Positions 28,115 through 37,630 of a DNA stretch of 64,000 nt are shown piece after piece (the stretch's first letter is position 1; each line of letters begins with the position of its first letter). The stretch covers positions 1-64,000 of the forward strand of contig JBDOIF010000006.1 of assembly GCA_041082215.1 (NCBI GenBank). Reading direction: 5' to 3'. The stretch is from Anaerolineae bacterium (GTDB taxonomy: Bacteria; Chloroflexota; Anaerolineae; B4-G1; DUEL01). The position numbers were made by a program, and so were the translations under genes. The notes under the pieces were generated by a model. That model saw only the letters and a list, made by a program, of their open reading frames with translations. It was not told the origin of the DNA and did no database searches.

Positions 28115-28131
28115 GTATTCGACGCGGACTG

Positions 28132-28160
28132 TTGTATCTCCTCTCGCCCTGTGATAGAAT
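28132..28160 (+). promoter_or_regulatory. sigma70 promoter of the MalT-like regulator
   Basis: TTGTAT-N17-TAGAAT with extended -10 TG. Confidence 0.65.
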
Positions 28161-28201
28161 GCAGGAAGAAGGCCCACGCAGGGGCCGGGAAAGGGGATGC
28201 T

Positions 28202-31200
28202 TTGTATCGGAAAGGTCTGATCGTACATACAAAGCTGACGCCGCCGCGCCCCCACCAGCGCACCCTTCGTCGCTCCCGCCTGACCGGCCGGCTCCTGGAA
28301 GCGCGGGAGCACCGGCTCACCATCGTGCAGGCGGGCGCCGGCTACGGGAAGAGCACTGCACTGGCCGCCCTGGCGGAGTGCGGCCATCCCCTGGTGTGGT
28401 ACCATCTGGACGCAGGGGACGCCGACCCTCTGGTCTTCCTGCTTCACCTCTACCACGGCTTCCGTACAGCGCTCCCCGTGCTCTCCGAAGCCCCCCTGGC
28501 GTTCCTGGAAGAATGGCAGGGGAACGGCGACGCGGGGCGCTGGACGACTGTCGTGGACCTGCTGCTGAACGAACTGAACGACCACCTCTCCGCCCCCCTG
28601 TTCCTGATCCTGGACGACCTCCACCTCCTGGACGACACGTCGGAGCCTATCCGACTCCTGGACCGTCTGATCGGTCGGGCTCCAGCCGACCTGCATGTCA
28701 TCCTCTCCACGCGGACCCCTCTCTCTCTTCCTTCCCTGGTCACCTGGCGGGTTCGGGGAGAGGTATTGGAGATCGGGCAACAGGAGCTGGCCTTCACACC
28801 GGCGGAGATCGCCTCCCTTTTCCGTGAGCTGTACGGCCTTTCCCTCACTCCCCAGGAGGTCGAGAAACTGGCAGCCCAGACAGAAGGTTGGGCGATCGCC
28901 CTCCAGCTGGTCTGGCAGGGCCTGCGCAGCGGGGCGATTTCCACCCCTTCGCAGGCGCTGGAATGGCTATCCAGCCCGTCGCAGGACCTCTTCACCTACC
29001 TGGCCCAGGAGGTCCTGGACCAGCAGTCCCCCGATGTGCAGGAGTTCCTCCTGCTCACAGCCGTCCTGCGGGAGATGACGGCCCCCATCTGCGACTGTCT
29101 GCGAGCCGCCCGGGATAGCGAACAGATGTTGCGCTACCTCCTGGAGAACGGGCTGTTCGTGGTTGACCTGGGGGAGGGGCACATCCGCTATCATCACCTC
29201 TTCCGCGAGTTTCTCTGCCACCGTCTCGCGCCCCATGTGGCGCAGGAGGCCCATCGCAAGGCGGCATCCTGCTGGACAAGACAGGGGGAATACGAAGAGG
29301 CCATCTATCATCTCCTGGCTGCCGGGGCCTTCGACGAGGCGGCGGAAATCCTGGAAGAGCTGGGGCGCCATATGGTCCAGGCCGGGCGGCTGGACACCCT
29401 CTCCGGATGGCTGGGGGCGCTGCCCCCGGAGGTGCTGGCGGAACACCTCCCTCTGTTGACCTATCTGGGGGACATCGCCCGATTGCGCAGCCGTTTCAAC
29501 GAGGCGCTGGGCTGGTACAGGCAGGCAGAGGAGCGGTACCGCCAGCGGGGGGACCTGCGGGGGATGGGGCAGGCGCTGCGCGGACAGGCCCGGGTCTATC
29601 TGGACACGGTCAACCCGGCGCAGGCGGAACATCTCCTCCAGGAGGCCCTCCGCCTTTCCGACGGTCAGGATGACCGGGAGAGCCACGCCCGGTTACTGGA
29701 GCTGCTGGCGGAGAATCGGCTGAATCTGGGCCGCCCCGAGGAGGCGGAACAGTTGCGCGCCCAGGCCCGCGCACTGCGAGAGGAGGGGCCGGGTGAGGCA
29801 GAGCTGGGGGTCCGGGTTTTGCTGCGCACAGGGCGGCTCAATGAAGCGCGCCGTCTCCTGGAGGAGCAGGCGGAGCGAGAGCAGCGGGAACCCGTCCTGC
29901 GCCCCCGCGCCCACCGGGAGACCCTGCTCCTCCTCTCCCTCATCCTGGCCTTCCAGGGGGAGGCGGAGGCTGCCTACCGGTGTGCTGTGGAGGGGACCGA
30001 GCGCGGTCAGATGCTCCGTTCCCCCTTCGTCACGGCCGTCGGTTATATGCGGCAGGGCCACGCCTGGCTGATCCGGAGCGACCCCCAGGGATACGCTGAG
30101 GCCTGTCGCTGCTATCAGGAAGCCATCGCCGTCAGCGACACCCTGGCGGTCCCCCGTCTCAAAGTGGAGGCTTTCTGGGGGCTCTGTCGGGCCCACGGTT
30201 TTCGGGGCGAACTGGAGGCCGCCGAGGAGGCCGCCCGGCAGGGGATCGCCATCGCCCAGCCGGCCGGGGATGAGTGGATCACCGCCCTGATCCGCGTCTC
30301 CCTGGGAGCCGGATACGTCCTGGCGGGGGAACTCCCCCGTGCGCTGGAATGGCTCTCCCCCGCCCTCTCCGCCTTCCGGGAGTGCGGCGACCCCTACGGC
30401 GAAGCCGTCGCCCGGCTCTGGCAGTGCCGGGTCTGGTGGCGGACGGGCGACGAAGCCCGGCTGAAGCGGGACCTCCAGGAACTGCTCCGCCTGGTCCACA
30501 CTCAGGGGTACGACTACCTCTTCACCCGCCCCACCCTCCTGGGCCCACCCGATCCCCGCCTGATGGTCCCTCTCCTGGCTTACGCCCGCCGCGCTGGCCT
30601 TCACCCCGCCTGCGCCGAACGTCTCCTCGGCGCCCTGGGCCTGGAAGGGGTAGAGTTCCACCCCGGCTACCAGTTGCGCGTCCAGACCCTGGGGGAGTTC
30701 CGGGTCTGGCGGGGGAATCAGGAGATCGCCCCGACGGAGTGGCGGCGGGAGAAGGCGCGGCGGCTCCTCCAGACTCTCCTCACCCACCGGGGCGGGATGC
30801 TGGACCGGGACCAGATTCTGGAGATGCTCTGGCCCGACCTGGACCCGGAGACGGCCCGGCGGGACTTCAAAGTGGCCCTGAGCACCCTCTGCAAGGTCCT
30901 GGAGCCAGAGCGCCCCGACAACGCCCCGTCGGCCTACATTGTCCGCGACGGCTCCCGGTACGGCCTGCGCCCCGGCGCCGACCTATGGCTGGACGTGGAG
31001 GAACTGGAGGCCCTCATCGCGGAGGGCGACCGCCTCCTGGAGACGGACCCGGAGGGGGCGCTGGGGCGGTACCGGCAGGCCCTGGCCCTCTATCAGGGTG
31101 ACTATCTGGAGGACTGCCTCTACGAGGACTGGGCAGGCGAGGAGCGGGAGCGGCTGCTGACCCTCTACCTGCGCACCGCCGACCGGGTCGCCGACCTTCT

Positions 31201-31471
31201 GGCCCGGCAGGAGGAATGGGAGGCGGTGCTGACGGTCTGCCAGGGCATCCTGGCGCGGGACCCGTGCTGGGAGCTGGCCTACCGATGGATGATGCTCGCC
31301 TACGCCCGGACGGGCCGCCGGGTGCAGGCGCTCCGCGCCTTCCGGCGCTGCGCTCAGCGGCTGCGGGAGGAACTGCAGGTGGAACCCTCCCCGGCCACGG
31401 TCCAGCTCTATCAGACGATCAGAAATTCTCCCACAGGCTCACAGCCTGTGGGAGAACACGAAGAGGGATAA
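28202..31471 (+). CDS. MalT-like STAND ATPase + TPR + C-terminal wHTH/BTAD transcriptional activator (start estimated, TTG)
   Basis: HTKLTPP, AGAGYGKST, LILDDLH, TEGWAIALQL, RYHHLFREFL; C-terminal LRVQTLGEFRV...WRREKAR...ELAYRWMM...LQVEPSPAT. Confidence 0.9.
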   Translation: MYRKGLIVHTKLTPPRPHQRTLRRSRLTGRLLEAREHRLTIVQAGAGYGKSTALAALAECGHPLVWYHLDAGDADPLVFLLHLYHGFRTALPVLSEAPLAFLEEWQGNGDAGRWTTVVDLLLNELNDHLSAPLFLILDDLHLLDDTSEPIRLLDRLIGRAPADLHVILSTRTPLSLPSLVTWRVRGEVLEIGQQELAFTPAEIASLFRELYGLSLTPQEVEKLAAQTEGWAIALQLVWQGLRSGAISTPSQALEWLSSPSQDLFTYLAQEVLDQQSPDVQEFLLLTAVLREMTAPICDCLRAARDSEQMLRYLLENGLFVVDLGEGHIRYHHLFREFLCHRLAPHVAQEAHRKAASCWTRQGEYEEAIYHLLAAGAFDEAAEILEELGRHMVQAGRLDTLSGWLGALPPEVLAEHLPLLTYLGDIARLRSRFNEALGWYRQAEERYRQRGDLRGMGQALRGQARVYLDTVNPAQAEHLLQEALRLSDGQDDRESHARLLELLAENRLNLGRPEEAEQLRAQARALREEGPGEAELGVRVLLRTGRLNEARRLLEEQAEREQREPVLRPRAHRETLLLLSLILAFQGEAEAAYRCAVEGTERGQMLRSPFVTAVGYMRQGHAWLIRSDPQGYAEACRCYQEAIAVSDTLAVPRLKVEAFWGLCRAHGFRGELEAAEEAARQGIAIAQPAGDEWITALIRVSLGAGYVLAGELPRALEWLSPALSAFRECGDPYGEAVARLWQCRVWWRTGDEARLKRDLQELLRLVHTQGYDYLFTRPTLLGPPDPRLMVPLLAYARRAGLHPACAERLLGALGLEGVEFHPGYQLRVQTLGEFRVWRGNQEIAPTEWRREKARRLLQTLLTHRGGMLDRDQILEMLWPDLDPETARRDFKVALSTLCKVLEPERPDNAPSAYIVRDGSRYGLRPGADLWLDVEELEALIAEGDRLLETDPEGALGRYRQALALYQGDYLEDCLYEDWAGEERERLLTLYLRTADRVADLLARQEEWEAVLTVCQGILARDPCWELAYRWMMLAYARTGRRVQALRAFRRCAQRLREELQVEPSPATVQLYQTIRNSPTGSQPVGEHEEG

Positions 31472-31501
31472 AGGACAACCGCTGCGGTTACCCCATTCGA
31501 T

Positions 31502-32530
31502 TCAGTACCCCTCCTCTTCCACCCGCGCCTTTCCCCGGAAAGCATAGTAGATATAAGCGGTGTATGTCAGAACCAGGGGCACCCCGATCAGGGCGATGAT
31601 CAACATCGTCTGGAGCGTCAGCCGGGAGGCCGAAGCGTTGAAGACGGTCAGGCCGTATTCGGCGATGTTGCGGGCCGGCAGCAGGTAGGGATAGTTAGCG
31701 GCCCCAAAGATGGCCATCAACCCGGCGATGGTCAGCGCGGAGAAGAGAAACGCCCGTCCGGCCTTCCCCTGCGCCACGCTCCAGCGGGTCAGCGCCATAA
31801 AGGCCAGCAGGAGGACCGGAATAGCCCAGATCAGCGGCTGGCGAGATGCATTCGCGAACCGGCAGGGCACATCTATAGCGGCCACGACACTGGTCAGAAC
31901 GGTCAGCACGACCAGCGCGATCCAGGCCCCTTCGGCCCAGCGACGGGCCCGTTCGGCCACCGGGCCGTTCGTCTTCATCACCAGGTAGATAGCCCCGTGG
32001 GTGACGAACATCGCCAGCCCTGTCAGCCCCACCAGCAGGGAAAAGGGGTTCAGCAGGGTAAAGAAGTTGCCAGTGAACTCCATCTGCGCGTTCAGCGGCA
32101 CTCCCCGCATCACATTCCCCACCGCCACGCCCGTCAGCAGGGCGGGCAGGAGGCTCCCCACGAAGAAGATGCCGTCCCACAACTTCCGCCAGCGTGGGCT
32201 TTCCACCCGGCTGCGGAACTCAAAGGAGACGGCCCGCAGGATGAGGGCAAAGAGGACCAGCATCAGCGCCAGGTAGAACCCACTGAAGACGGTGGCGTAG
32301 ACGTGGGGGAAGGCGGCGAAGAGCGCTCCACCACCGGTCAGGAGCCAGACCTCGTTGCCGTCCCAGAAGGGGCCGATGGCGTTGAGGAGCAGGCGGCGCT
32401 CCTCGTCTTTCTTTGCCACAAAGGGGTAGAGGACGCCCACCCCCAGGTCAAACCCGTCCAGGATGGCGTAGCCGGTGATCAGGACGCCGATCAGCAGATA
32501 CCAGACGCTCTGCAGAAATTCGTGGCTCAT
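31502..32530 (-). CDS. cydB: Cytochrome bd oxidase subunit II
   Basis: YAILDGFDLGVG, IGPFWDGNEVWL, FAAFP..YATVFSGFY, RAVSFEFR. Confidence 0.95.
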   Translation of the reverse strand: MSHEFLQSVWYLLIGVLITGYAILDGFDLGVGVLYPFVAKKDEERRLLLNAIGPFWDGNEVWLLTGGGALFAAFPHVYATVFSGFYLALMLVLFALILRAVSFEFRSRVESPRWRKLWDGIFFVGSLLPALLTGVAVGNVMRGVPLNAQMEFTGNFFTLLNPFSLLVGLTGLAMFVTHGAIYLVMKTNGPVAERARRWAEGAWIALVVLTVLTSVVAAIDVPCRFANASRQPLIWAIPVLLLAFMALTRWSVAQGKAGRAFLFSALTIAGLMAIFGAANYPYLLPARNIAEYGLTVFNASASRLTLQTMLIIALIGVPLVLTYTAYIYYAFRGKARVEEEGY

Positions 32531-33891
32531 GCCCGCACCTCCTTCGCCGCAGGTTTTCGTGCCAGCGTGCCGACGGCGACCGGCTCCGGCCCCCTTAGAA
32601 ACTCCCGCCGCAGCAGATAGATGAGCAGGGCCAGGATGAAGGCGTAGACAACGATAAACAGAATGATGGTGGTGAGGATCTGCCAGGCCGGAACCACCAC
32701 CGAGACGGCGTCCTTTGTTTTCAGGAGGCCGTAGACGGCCCACGGCTGCCGGCCGAACTCCGCCGCCATCCAGCCCAGCTCCAGGGCAAGCCAGGGCAAG
32801 GGGATGGAGTAGAGCAGCGCCCTGAGATACGCGCGGTTCTCAAACCGGCGCTTCCCCATCAGGACCCCCCACCAGGCCACCAGGATGAACCACCCACCCA
32901 GAAGGACCATAATGTGATAGGGGTAAAACGCCAGGGCAACGGGGGGCCACTCCTCCACCGGGAACCGCTCCAGGCCGGGCACGACGCTGTTGGGGTCAAA
33001 GTCGATCAGGAAACTGAGCATTCTGGGGAGTTTAATGCCCAACCGGAGCGTGCGGGCCGACACGTCCGGGAAGCCCCAGACCACCAGGCCAGCCCCCGCC
33101 GTGTCCTCAAAGAGGGCCTCAAAGGCGGCCAGTTTGGCCGGCTGGGTCCGGGCAACCTGGACGGAATGGAGGTGGCCCGTCGCCAGGATGAGCAGGGAGA
33201 AGACCGCCGCGACCGTCAGGCCGATCTGGAGGGAGCGACGGGCGAACTCCTGATGCTCCCTGCGCAGCAGATACCACGCGCTGATGCCAGCCATAAAGAG
33301 TCCACCGGTGAAGATGGAGGCGATGACGGTATGGGTGTAGCGGGGAAGGGTGGAGGGGTTAAAGACCGCCGCCCAGAAGTCCGTCAACTCCGCCCGGCGG
33401 TAGACCCCCTCGCCGACGATCTGGTAGGCCGTGGGCGTCTGCTGCCAGGAGTTGGCGACGATGATCCAGAACGCGGAAAGGGTAGAACCGATAGCAACCA
33501 TCAGGGCGGAGAACCAGTAGAACCCTTTGGGCACCCGTTCCCGCCCCAGGATCAGCACGCCCAGGAAACCGGACTCCAGGAAAAAGGCGAACACCCCCTC
33601 CGCTGCCAGGGGCGAGCCAAAGATATCGCCGACGTAGCGGGAGTAGGCCGACCAGTTGGTGCCGAACTGGAACTCCATCGCGATCCCACTGGCGACCCCG
33701 GCGGCGAAGATAAGGCCCAGGATTCGGGGCCAGAAGCGGCTCATACTCTCCCAGGCTGGCTCGCCCGTCTTCCATCGCTTCCAGGTGATGTAGGCGATAA
33801 GCCAGGCCAGGCCAATGGAAACAGGCGGAAACAGGAAGTGCACAGCGGCCGTCAGGCCAAACTGGATCCGTGCCAGAAGAACTGGGTCCAT
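32527..33891 (-). CDS. cydA: Cytochrome bd oxidase subunit I
   Basis: LARIQFG..VHFLFPP, MEFQFGTNWS, ANSWQQTP, QPAKLAAFEA, GWMAAEFGRQPWAVYG. Confidence 0.95.
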   Translation of the reverse strand: MDPVLLARIQFGLTAAVHFLFPPVSIGLAWLIAYITWKRWKTGEPAWESMSRFWPRILGLIFAAGVASGIAMEFQFGTNWSAYSRYVGDIFGSPLAAEGVFAFFLESGFLGVLILGRERVPKGFYWFSALMVAIGSTLSAFWIIVANSWQQTPTAYQIVGEGVYRRAELTDFWAAVFNPSTLPRYTHTVIASIFTGGLFMAGISAWYLLRREHQEFARRSLQIGLTVAAVFSLLILATGHLHSVQVARTQPAKLAAFEALFEDTAGAGLVVWGFPDVSARTLRLGIKLPRMLSFLIDFDPNSVVPGLERFPVEEWPPVALAFYPYHIMVLLGGWFILVAWWGVLMGKRRFENRAYLRALLYSIPLPWLALELGWMAAEFGRQPWAVYGLLKTKDAVSVVVPAWQILTTIILFIVVYAFILALLIYLLRREFLRGPEPVAVGTLARKPAAKEVRA

Positions 33892-33969
33892 TTCTACACC
33901 TCCTTTCCAGGGCAAATGAGCTGGATAAGAATTTCAGATTGCAGATAGAACTCATTCCTCACATCCCCC

Positions 33970-34419
33970 TCACCCCCCTTCATCCCCACAGGTCTCTGCT
34001 GGATTCAACTCTCTTCCCCGCTGAGCCAGTTGCTGGAAATGGACCTGGCCCAGATATTCCCTGAGCACATGCCGCGCCGCCACCCACTGCTCGTGGACCG
34101 GGCAATGAGGCATCAGAGGGCACTCTTCAGGCTCTATGGTGCAACGGTTGAGGACAACAGGCCCCTCTATGGCCTCTACGACATCCAGCAGGCTGATTTC
34201 GGCCGGCGGACGGGCCAGCGAGAATCCGCCGCCCTTCCCCTGACAGCTTTTCAACAAGCCTGCCCTTGCCAGAAGCGAAAAAAGACGCCGTGCCAGTGAC
34301 GGGGGTATCAGCCTTTCCGCGGCCACTTCTCTGGCCGTTATCGTCGCACCGAACGGCTGCATGGCCAGATGCAGGATAATTCGCGCAGCATAATCGGCTT
34401 TCCGGCTGATGGTCAGCAT
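33970..34419 (-). CDS. Rrf2 family regulator with three Cys (Fe-S ligands)
   Basis: ISRKADYA, GKGGGFSLARPPAEISLLDVVEAIEG, NRCTIEPEECPLMPHCPVH. Confidence 0.92.
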   Translation of the reverse strand: MLTISRKADYAARIILHLAMQPFGATITAREVAAERLIPPSLARRLFSLLARAGLLKSCQGKGGGFSLARPPAEISLLDVVEAIEGPVVLNRCTIEPEECPLMPHCPVHEQWVAARHVLREYLGQVHFQQLAQRGRELNPAETCGDEGG

Positions 34420-34432
34420 AGGCGCACCTTTA

Positions 34433-34480
34433 AATGATACCAATTTGGTATCATTATACTACATCCGGGGAAATTGTCAA
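34433..34480 (-). promoter_or_regulatory. rrf2-cydAB promoter with an overlapping 11-1-11 palindromic operator
   Basis: Minus strand TTGACA-N16-TATAAT (34480-34453); AATGATACCAA-T-TTGGTATCATT at 34433-34455. Confidence 0.85.
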
Positions 34481-34533
34481 CCTCGTCCGTGAAAAGTCCA
34501 GGCGCGAGTTCAGACCCAAACGCTCGTCGGTTC

Positions 34534-34564
34534 GTAGGGGCAACTCCTGCGGAGTTGCCCCGAC
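34534..34564 (+). repeat. GTAG-type REP-like palindrome
   Basis: GTAGGGGCAACTCC-TGC-GGAGTTGCCCCGAC. Confidence 0.8.
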
Positions 34565-34655
34565 ATATTTAAAGGTGTATAATTTTGTTAAATCGCCTCT
34601 CCTCCCACGCCTTGCAGAGCCGCTCCGCAACAGAGAGGAACGGGAGCACCTGCTT

Positions 34656-37523
34656 ATGAACAGGCACTTCTCGCTCTATATCTGGTTTTTGGCGGGCGCT
34701 GCGGTCGTCTCCGTTACACTGGCCCTCCTGTCCTGGCGGCGCCGCTCTACGCCTGGCGCTGCGCTCTTCGCCCTCCTGATGCTGGCAACAGCCGAATGGG
34801 CGTTGATGTATGCGCTGGAACTGGAGAGCAAGAACCTCCCCACCGCCCTTCTCTGGGCCAAAACAGGATATCTGGGCATCGTCACCATACCGGCGGCGTG
34901 GCTGGCCTTCGTGCTCCAGCATACCGGTCGGGAGAAGTGGCTGGCCCATCGCCGCTGGCTTCTGCTGACCGTAGAACCGGCCATCACCGTGCCGCTGGTC
35001 TGGACGAACGAAGCGCACGGCCTGATCTGGAAGGAGGTCAGTTGGCAGACCTGTGGAGCGCATAACTTGTTGGCCGTGACGCACGGCGCAGGATGGTGGG
35101 TACATCTTGCCTACTCGTACCTGGTCCTTCTCTCTGGCACCCTTCTGCTGGGCTGGGCACTGGTCCGTTCACCGCGCCCGTATCGGTACCAGAACATTGC
35201 CCTCTTCCTCGGTGCACTGATCCCGTGGATCGGAAATGCCCTCTACGCTTTCGGCCTGAACCCGCTCCCGTGCCTGGATCTGACCCCCTTTGCCTTCGCT
35301 CTGACAGGTCCGGTCATCGCCTGGGGTCTTTTTCGGTATCGCCTGCTGGACCTCGTTCCGGTAGCGCGTGATGCGGTCGTGATGAGCATGGCCGATGGCG
35401 TCATCGTGCTGGATAAGCAGAACCGCATTGTGGACCTCAACCCGGCCGCCGAGGGGATCATCGGCCGTCCCGCTGCCGACGTGATCGGCCAGCCCGCCAG
35501 AGCGGTTTTCTCTGCACGGCCAGACCTGATAGAGCGGTATCGGGACGTTGCCCAGGCCCAGGCGGAAATCACCCTGGGGAGGGGTATGATCCAGCGCACC
35601 TTTGATCTGCGGATTTCCCCTCTCTATGACCAGCGCCATCGCCTCCGCGGCCGGGTGATCGTCCTGCGGGAGACGACGGAACTCCAGCGGGCGGAGGAGG
35701 CATTGCGCCGGCGCGAAGCTATCCTGGGAGCCATTGCCTATGCTGCCGACCGTTTCCTGCAAACCCCGGATTGGGAAAAGGAGGTGCAGAAGGTACTGGC
35801 CCGACTGGGAGAGGCGACCGGAGTCAGCCGGGTGTATATCTTTGAAAACCACACAGGCCCCGGTGAAGAACTGCTCACCAGCCAGCGGTACGAATGGGCA
35901 GCGCCAGATGCCACACCGCAAATAGATAACCCCGATCTGCAGAACTTCCCCTACCTGGAAGGAGGCTTTGGCCGCTGGGTGGACACGATGAGCCGGGGCG
36001 AGGCCATCGTCGGCCTTGTGCGGGACTTTCCGCCCAGCGAGCAGGAAACCCTTGCCGCACAGGGCATCCTTTCCATTGTGGTGGCCCCTATTTTTGTCGG
36101 CGGGGAGTGGTGGGGATTCATCGGCTTTGACGAATGCCGTCTGGAGCGAGAGTGGACGGGAACAGAAATCGAAGCCCTGATGATGGCAGCCGATGTGGTG
36201 GGAGCGGCCATTTGCAGGGGACGTTCCCACCGCCTGCTGGAGGAGCACGCTCGCCATCAGGCGCTGCTGAACGAAGTGACCCGTATCGCCCTGGGGAGGG
36301 CCGATTTTCAGGAAATGCTGCAGACCCTGGCCGACCGGCTGGGGGAACTGTTTGGTGCCGATGGTGCCTACATCACACGATGGGATGAGGAGCAGGGTTT
36401 GACGATCCCCTGTGCAGCCTATGGGCCTATGCGGGAGGTCTACCCGACCATGCGACCCCAACCCGGCGAGGTCACGGTCACCGAATCCGTCCTCCGGGTC
36501 GGACGCCCTCTCGCCATAGAAGACGTATCCAACACGCCGTACCTGAGTCCCCGAATCGCCGCCCAATTCCCCACCCGGTCTATGCTGGCCCTGCCGCTGA
36601 TCGCGGGCGAGCGCTGGCTGGGCGCTGTGCTCATCTCCTACGAACAGTTCCATCGCTTCACCACGGAGGAGATCGCGCACGCCGAACAGGTGGCGGCCCA
36701 TATCGCGCTGGCGGTTGCCAAAGCACAGGCGCTGGAAGAAACGCGGCGTGCGCTGGCCGAACGCCAGCAGGCGGAGGAGAAACTCCGCCAGTATGCCCTC
36801 CAACTGGAAGCGCGTAATGAAGAACTGGACGCCTTTGCCCATACGGTGGCCCACGACCTGAAAAGTCCGCTGGGGCTTATCGTGACCACCGCTGAAGTGC
36901 TGAAGGAGAATCTCACAGCCCTTCCGGAAGAGGAGGTGCACCACTATCTCCAGAGCATTGCCCGGCAGGGGTGGAAGATGAACAACATCGTTGAGGCCCT
37001 GCTGCTCCTGTCCAGTGTGCGTCGCGAGGAAGTGCCCATCCATCCTCTGGACATGGGGGGTATCGTGGCTGAGGCCCTCTCCAGATTGGCCCCGATAGTC
37101 GCCCGGTCCCGGGCCGAGATCGTCCTCCCTGAGAACTGGCCGATAGCTATGGGCTATGCCCCCTGGATAGAGGAAGTGTGGGTCAACTACATCAGCAACG
37201 CCATCAAGTATGGCGGTCAGCCACCGCGCATAGAAATCGGTGCCGACAGCTCCGCCCCCCCGGGGATGGTCCGTTTCTGGGTGCGGGATAACGGCCCCGG
37301 TCTCACGCCTGAAGAACAGAGCCGCCTTTTCACCCCGTTCACGCGGCTGACCCGGGAGGGCAAGGGGCACGGGCTGGGGTTGTCCATCGTGCGGCGCATT
37401 GTGGAGAAAATAGGTGGGCAGGTCGGAGTGGAAAGCGAAGCAGGCCGGGGGTGCATCTTTATGTTCACCCTGCCCCAAGCTGATGCTCCCCCCTCCTCAG
37501 CCCTGCCCGCAGACGAGGCCTGA
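34656..37523 (+). CDS. Sensor histidine kinase: HisKA_7TM + PAS + 2 GAF + HisKA + HATPase
   Basis: N-terminal multi-TM segment with DLTPFAF, MADGVIVLD..RIVDLNPAAE, SRVYIFEN, FAHTVAHDLKSP, NAIKYG, DNGPGL, GHGLGL. Confidence 0.9.
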   Translation: MNRHFSLYIWFLAGAAVVSVTLALLSWRRRSTPGAALFALLMLATAEWALMYALELESKNLPTALLWAKTGYLGIVTIPAAWLAFVLQHTGREKWLAHRRWLLLTVEPAITVPLVWTNEAHGLIWKEVSWQTCGAHNLLAVTHGAGWWVHLAYSYLVLLSGTLLLGWALVRSPRPYRYQNIALFLGALIPWIGNALYAFGLNPLPCLDLTPFAFALTGPVIAWGLFRYRLLDLVPVARDAVVMSMADGVIVLDKQNRIVDLNPAAEGIIGRPAADVIGQPARAVFSARPDLIERYRDVAQAQAEITLGRGMIQRTFDLRISPLYDQRHRLRGRVIVLRETTELQRAEEALRRREAILGAIAYAADRFLQTPDWEKEVQKVLARLGEATGVSRVYIFENHTGPGEELLTSQRYEWAAPDATPQIDNPDLQNFPYLEGGFGRWVDTMSRGEAIVGLVRDFPPSEQETLAAQGILSIVVAPIFVGGEWWGFIGFDECRLEREWTGTEIEALMMAADVVGAAICRGRSHRLLEEHARHQALLNEVTRIALGRADFQEMLQTLADRLGELFGADGAYITRWDEEQGLTIPCAAYGPMREVYPTMRPQPGEVTVTESVLRVGRPLAIEDVSNTPYLSPRIAAQFPTRSMLALPLIAGERWLGAVLISYEQFHRFTTEEIAHAEQVAAHIALAVAKAQALEETRRALAERQQAEEKLRQYALQLEARNEELDAFAHTVAHDLKSPLGLIVTTAEVLKENLTALPEEEVHHYLQSIARQGWKMNNIVEALLLLSSVRREEVPIHPLDMGGIVAEALSRLAPIVARSRAEIVLPENWPIAMGYAPWIEEVWVNYISNAIKYGGQPPRIEIGADSSAPPGMVRFWVRDNGPGLTPEEQSRLFTPFTRLTREGKGHGLGLSIVRRIVEKIGGQVGVESEAGRGCIFMFTLPQADAPPSSALPADEA

Positions 37524-37579
37524 AAGGGCATAGGTCTGCCCTGTACCCCCTCCGGCGTCTCGACGCCGGAAACCCCTGT

Positions 37580-37611
37580 GTAACTCCCCGGTAACCCTCC
37601 TGTTGTATATA
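37580..37611 (+). promoter_or_regulatory. Putative activator-dependent promoter with 11-bp-period direct repeats
   Basis: GTAAC-N6-GTAAC-N10-TATATA just upstream of the GGAGAGG RBS. Confidence 0.6.
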
Positions 37612-37630
37612 TATCCTGTGGAGAGGTGCT

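Noticed and set aside
34434..34655. N-terminal extensions in the ORF track (also 23097, 28151, 38540, 42012, 49059, 32743, 55929)
   Set aside because: They overlap promoters, repeats or neighbouring genes; downstream starts fit RBS position and domain boundaries better.
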